This document shows, piece after piece, positions 30,276 to 35,210 of a DNA stretch of 35,210 nt. This DNA is from Stramenopiles sp. TOSAG23-2. Taxonomy: Eukaryota. Under the pieces are notes generated by a model. The model had not been told where the DNA came from, did no database searches, and saw only the letters and a list, made by a program, of their open reading frames with translations. The position numbers and the translations under genes were made by a program. The stretch is from positions 1 to 35,210 of the forward strand of contig LT649344.1 in NCBI GenBank assembly GCA_900128395.1, in the 5' to 3' direction. Positions within the stretch are counted from its first letter, which is position 1. Each line of letters opens with the position of its first letter.

Positions 30276-32063
30276 TTATGGAAGTTCAATGTATTTTTGG
30301 ATACCGTCAATTAATTTTTTATTTTCATCAGCAAATTTAACAGGATTCGCACGGAAAATATTGCACTTGGTTCTCGTTTCATCGTTATATGTCTCCGTCT
30401 TCATTTGTAAGGTGATTTCCATTTGTTTAAACAATATACGTTCAAAAGTATTTCGAAATTCAATCGGGTCATTTTGTTCCATTTTTTTCAAATCATTTGC
30501 GGACAAACCATTGAATATTGGCAATGCTTTATCGCCAAATGCAGTGCACCATTGGGCACCAGTATGGTCAGCAACTTGCATATACACCAAGTAACGCCAG
30601 ACTGGCTCATCATATTCTTTGTCTTCTTGCTCATTACGCCATTTTCCACCTTCATAGCCGGGCTCGATTAATTTCTTCATTGAGACAGGATCGCTTGGAT
30701 AACACCATCTTTCTTTTTTCAAAAAAGTAAGGTATGCTTTCGTGTTGATATATGTTGGTTTCATCCCACCTTTTCCATCATCAACACTGCCCATATTCTC
30801 GACTTTGATTGTGTTCACTGTTTTGCGCCATTCCAATCCAGTGCGATCGGTCGAACCGCTGCGTCCTTCGGATAGTTGAGCGAAAGTTTGTGTAGATCCT
30901 TGCGATTCCCACCACGCTTTTAAATTTGTTGCCTCTGGTAAATCCGAGTTTAACATCATTACTGTACTGTCGTAAGTGCTAAGACTTCGACCACCATAAT
31001 CACCAAGTCTTGTACCTTTGAAAAGCACGGTTGGATTGTTTGCAAAAGTGTCCGGGGAAATTTCAGCTTTCTTTCCCCATAAAGTAACATTGATTGAGCT
31101 GCCCGAATCATCGACAACAGTTAATTCGCGTTTCTTCAATTCTTTCCCAGCTTTTGACGTCAATTCTTTGACTCCACCATCAGTAGTGACAACACCGCAA
31201 ATATCAACTAAACCAGCAGTTTCTGGATTAATATTTGCTAAATTTGAAATTTTTGTAATTTTGTAAACTAAGCTACGAATTTGTTGATCTTCGAAAGGGC
31301 CTTCAATTTGCACGTCCATGCCAAAGGTAATTTCATATTCACTTTTACAGTTGTTGTATTTTGGATTACCAATTTTCAAACGACCATTTTGAAATGTATA
31401 TACTTTACCTTTTTCTAAACGAGTATAATATGCATCGACTGCTTCTTTAAAAAAAGTACAACGAATGTCGTCACCACTTGAATCTACAAGCTCCATGCTG
31501 AACAATTTGCCTTGCCCACGCGCATTGCTCCACTCTTTAATTGGTGCCTTGTTTGCAACGCGCGCTTTCAGTTTCCAACGGTTTTGGTATGGATTCAATG
31601 CCATGATTGGGGTGTAGCCAACATCCGGTGCACGCGCCATTGGTCGACTTGATGTACTTTGCGGTGCACCTGGATTATAACCACTACCTTGATTTGGCAT
31701 AGGTGCTTGTGCAGTGTTTGCTTTCTCAATCGGAATGGGGTCGCCAATCTTGTCTGCTTGCGGGATAGAAATGTCCATCTTTAAAATGATAACGATTTTG
31801 CGTACTCCTACCTTATTACATATATACTCATTTAGTTTTACAATGGCATTTTTTTGTAATTTATTTTCCTCGACTAAACTGTTTAGTTGTGTAGTAAGCA
31901 TAGATTGTGCATAAAAACGTCCATCGCTAATAATTACACGGTAACGATCTGCGCCTGTTCCAGCAATTTTGCGTATATCGATGACTTGTACAGTCGGATG
32001 AAATACTGTTGAATCTTTTGTTTCATTGATCAAATCAACTACAGAGCCTTGTGTCAACGACAT
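30276..32063 (-). CDS. RPA1: Replication protein A 70 kDa subunit (595 aa)
   Basis: N-domain RYRVIISDG, DBD-A LNPYQNRWKLKARV..GKLFS, DBD-B VDICGVV..NVTLWG..GGRSLS and DBD-C ADHTGAQWCTAF..ETYNDETR. Confidence 0.97.
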   Translation of the reverse strand: MSLTQGSVVDLINETKDSTVFHPTVQVIDIRKIAGTGADRYRVIISDGRFYAQSMLTTQLNSLVEENKLQKNAIVKLNEYICNKVGVRKIVIILKMDISIPQADKIGDPIPIEKANTAQAPMPNQGSGYNPGAPQSTSSRPMARAPDVGYTPIMALNPYQNRWKLKARVANKAPIKEWSNARGQGKLFSMELVDSSGDDIRCTFFKEAVDAYYTRLEKGKVYTFQNGRLKIGNPKYNNCKSEYEITFGMDVQIEGPFEDQQIRSLVYKITKISNLANINPETAGLVDICGVVTTDGGVKELTSKAGKELKKRELTVVDDSGSSINVTLWGKKAEISPDTFANNPTVLFKGTRLGDYGGRSLSTYDSTVMMLNSDLPEATNLKAWWESQGSTQTFAQLSEGRSGSTDRTGLEWRKTVNTIKVENMGSVDDGKGGMKPTYINTKAYLTFLKKERWCYPSDPVSMKKLIEPGYEGGKWRNEQEDKEYDEPVWRYLVYMQVADHTGAQWCTAFGDKALPIFNGLSANDLKKMEQNDPIEFRNTFERILFKQMEITLQMKTETYNDETRTKCNIFRANPVKFADENKKLIDGIQKYIELP

Positions 32064-32761
32064 TGTACTATTCTAACAAAAAAAGAGTGAGAAGGAGAGT
32101 TCAATTTTTTTTAGTGTAAAAGTTAACAAACAAAATACGAAAATAGATGTTGTTGTGTATGAATGCGTATTTAATTTATTGTATATATATGTATGTATGT
32201 ATATATATATAAATAAATAAAACAATTTGCGTATGTTTTTTCTTTTTGAATTTCTTGATTTCGTTTTTCGATATGTTTCAATTATGATGATAATATACAG
32301 CAGCATATATGACATTCAATATTATATACAACAATATGTATGTGTATAGATATATAATATAAATATATATCGATATATGTATGTATATTCTATCTCTTCT
32401 ATAGTGCTATATCTATATGTTCCCCTGGTATAATAATAGCACAATAATAATAATGGCTCTCATCCGCCTCCTGATGCTGGCCTTGGATTTTCAGTCTATA
32501 ACACTACTAGGTAGCTCCTATTAAATTTTAAAAATCAGTCTAAAAATCACAACCTCATGAAATATGGCACCAAGTATAAATATTTATAGTCTATATGAGT
32601 TGAAACCACATTTTTCCCTATGATAATTTCTCAATGTGGTCTAGTACAACTATCTATAGAGTTGATGAAATCATCCTATATCTAAAATGTTCTTCCATCA
32701 AAAATCATAAATAAAAATCCCCAAAAACCAGGCAAAACTACCTTTTCCCTCAATCAAACAA

Positions 32762-32776
32762 TTTGAATTTCGCGGG
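32762..32776 (-). promoter_or_regulatory. Candidate E2F/CDE-CHR (DREAM-type) cell-cycle element in the RPA1-RPA2 bidirectional spacer
   Basis: TTTGAATTTCGCGGG (reverse: CCCGCG-AAA-TTCAAA) combines an E2F-like TTTCGCGG with an adjacent CHR-like TTYRAA. It lies near the middle of the spacer. Confidence 0.5.
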
Positions 32777-33359
32777 CTTTCTTTTCAAAAACTTTATTAT
32801 ACTATAGTAATAGCATTGTAAAAGATTAATTCCTGTATCTGTGTATACGATTTAATGTACTCGATTCACCTGTGACATCCTATCTCACTAGTGAACTGAT
32901 AACTTTCTCCTTTAACTTTATTTAGCATTTCGGAACAATATTTTGATAGGAAGTATACCATCTTTTACAGTATCCTGTAGTATGGAATTGATGTAGACAC
33001 CGAGATAGAGCTATATGGTAGCTAGCCCAAACCATAGCTGCTGGCCCCCTCGTAGAACTAAAACCTGAGAAGATGATGATATATGTATGATATGATGTAT
33101 TATTATTATTTTATTAGTGCAATAATAAATAATAATAAATAAATACATCATCTTTTCTGTAGTACATCATACAAATAATAGACGTATACGTGTACTGTAG
33201 AAGAAAAAGAAGAGGCACATTTAGATAGATAGATATTACATACATACATATATACATACATATACACAGAAACGAAAAGATTCTAGTAATTGCTAATTAT
33301 TGAGATCATATTGATTGATCAGAAAGAAGAAGAAGAAACACACACACATATATATAACA

Positions 33360-34325
33360 ATGGATGATTATGGTGGTGGTTACGGCGGCGGTGGTAGTTA
33401 TGGTGGCGGGTATGGTGGTGGATACGATGCAAACGCAAATCAAGGTCAACAAAATGCATATGGTGGAGGACAACAAAACAATGGATATGGTGGTGGCGGC
33501 GGGAGAGGAGGTGGATTTGTATCACCGCAAGGATCTAATGCTAATTCATCGCAACAAGGTAAACGTGAGGAAGTAACCGCACGCACAGTCACGTTGCGTC
33601 AAGTTAAAAACAGTAAAAAATCCGATTCTAGCGACAAGTTTCAAATAGACGGTCAAGATGTTAACCAAGTTGTTTTTGTTGGTTTGGTTTTATCAAAGGA
33701 AGATAAAAGTACACATCAAATGTTTGAGATCGAAGATGGCACCGGTAGAATGAAAGTTAAAAAATGGAATAATCGCGATGACGATGGATCCGAACAATCC
33801 GAGGCTCAAAATCCTGATGCCGTAGGTGCATGGATGATACGCGAGGGCGATTATGTTTGTGTTCAAGCGCAACTAAAAGATTTTGATGGTACAAAACAAA
33901 TTAATGCACACGGTATACGTCCAATACGTGGTGATTTCAATGAGGTTATGCATTATCAACTTCAAGCTATTTACGAACATTTATATTTTACCAAAGGTCC
34001 TTTGCCAGATCCAAAAAATCCAAATGCAAGTACCGGTGTGGGTAACTTAAATGCTATGAAAAACGGTGTCAGCGGTTTAGGTAGTCGCGGACCAGCAGTA
34101 ACAGCAAATAATAATTCTGGTGTAACAGAGAAAATTGTAGAAATTATTCGTAAATCAAATGATGGGAGTGGCGAAGGTGTATCGATCAATACGATACAAA
34201 ATGAATTATCCAAAACAGGATTTGATGTTAAAACTTTGCGTCGCGTTGTTGCTGACATGTGTGATGATGGTTTATTATATTCAACTGTTGATGATGATCA
34301 TTTTGAAACTACTACAGCTGATTAA
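33360..34325 (+). CDS. RPA2: Replication protein A 32 kDa subunit (321 aa)
   Basis: G/Y-rich N-terminus with GGGFVSPQ, OB fold (FQIDGQDVNQVVFVG, IEDGTG, DFNEVMHYQLQAIYEHL) and winged helix (EGVSI...DGLLYSTVDDDHF). ATG at 33360. Confidence 0.95.
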   Translation: MDDYGGGYGGGGSYGGGYGGGYDANANQGQQNAYGGGQQNNGYGGGGGRGGGFVSPQGSNANSSQQGKREEVTARTVTLRQVKNSKKSDSSDKFQIDGQDVNQVVFVGLVLSKEDKSTHQMFEIEDGTGRMKVKKWNNRDDDGSEQSEAQNPDAVGAWMIREGDYVCVQAQLKDFDGTKQINAHGIRPIRGDFNEVMHYQLQAIYEHLYFTKGPLPDPKNPNASTGVGNLNAMKNGVSGLGSRGPAVTANNNSGVTEKIVEIIRKSNDGSGEGVSINTIQNELSKTGFDVKTLRRVVADMCDDGLLYSTVDDDHFETTTAD

Positions 34326-35106
34326 AACGGAATCGAAGAAGATATATAATATATATGACATCATATCACATCATACATATTATATCGATATGTCATTATA
34401 TATATATATATATATATATTTATATAATATATGAGTAAGAGAAAAGTATATATATAACTTAGATTTCAACCATCAATATATATATATATATGATATGATA
34501 TGTTGCCATATACACACAAAGGGAAATAGGGAGGGAGAAATGCACCGAGGAGGGGTGGGGTGGGGCATGTTTGCTGTTTTTAAAAACATTAAAAATTAAT
34601 ACACAATATTTTTTCGTGGTGTGTAATTGTGATATCATAAAAATACAACATGTGTAACACGCGTATGGTATGAGATACTCGTATGATTTATATATATATA
34701 TGTATCATTTTAGTATTACGATACACTCTCAAAAATAAAATAAAACTCTTTAAAATACATATATATATCGAGATATATTTACGAAGAGTATCATATATAT
34801 ATATTTCTCGCGATTGAGTATTGAGCATATATTACTTTAACACGAGAAGTGTAAAAATATTATAACTTAGATTTTAACCATCATTTATATAAAATGCACT
34901 TTACTTTCAACTTTCAAGCCGTATATATAGCTAATACATTTAGTTTATTTATGTACGCGCTTCATACCGAGTAGCTACCTCAAGAATGAGGAACTTCATA
35001 CCCCATCAGTACATTTTTTTCTACATCATGCGTAGTCGTTGATTTTGTACGAGGTCGTAATAATGATTTATCTCTTCTTTCTTCTTCACCACATCATGTT
35101 CATTTG

Positions 35107-35208
35107 TTAATCAGCATCTTTAGGAGTAGTCTTCTTCTCTTTTTGTTCATCGTTTTTTTTCTTTTTCATGACATTTTTACTGCTCTCTTCATCGTTATTA
35201 TTATTATT
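35107..35208 (-). CDS. 3' end of a gene continuing beyond the window
   Basis: Open frame NNNNNDEESSKNVMKKKKNDEQKEKKTTPKDAD* with the N/K-rich composition of neighbouring proteins. Confidence 0.5.
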   Translation of the reverse strand, partial: NNNNNDEESSKNVMKKKKNDEQKEKKTTPKDAD

Positions 35209-35210
35209 GT

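Noticed and set aside
2327-34434. Numerous 60-130-aa ORFs antisense to or inside long genes
   Set aside because: Shadow ORFs of real coding sequences with no independent support.
34521-34565. G-rich tract downstream of RPA2
   Set aside because: Single occurrence, not alignable to the TIR G-tract, no supporting structure.

Overview
AT-rich, apparently intron-free eukaryotic DNA. Centriole/axoneme-type genes suggest a flagellated protist, but the lineage cannot be fixed from the sequence. About 12 host genes (plus a partial one at the right edge) alternate strand almost perfectly. Recognisable ones are a secreted SURNod19/Cu-monooxygenase-like protein with an inserted DOMON domain, RABL6, a FAM227-like protein, an axonemal-dynein-light-chain-domain protein, LRRC45, a WD40-like protein, and RPA1 and RPA2 head-to-head. 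Main points: (1) an intact-looking ~4 kb IS630/Tc1 DD34E transposon (4725-8815, 98-bp TIRs, TA target site) carrying a second, convergent 651-aa ORF of unknown function; (2) RPA1 and RPA2 share a 1.3-kb spacer with a central E2F/CHR-like site, and RPA1 has lost all four zinc-finger cysteines; (3) a ~150-bp repeat family sits in tail-to-tail spacers, while AGCT/CTGG-rich islands sit upstream of genes; (4) a fold-back MITE at the left edge and a candidate non-autonomous element at ~9.2-10.3 kb; (5) many 55-134-bp tandem duplications, two of which frameshift genes, probably assembly artefacts. All family assignments are from motif recognition by eye; no searches were run.
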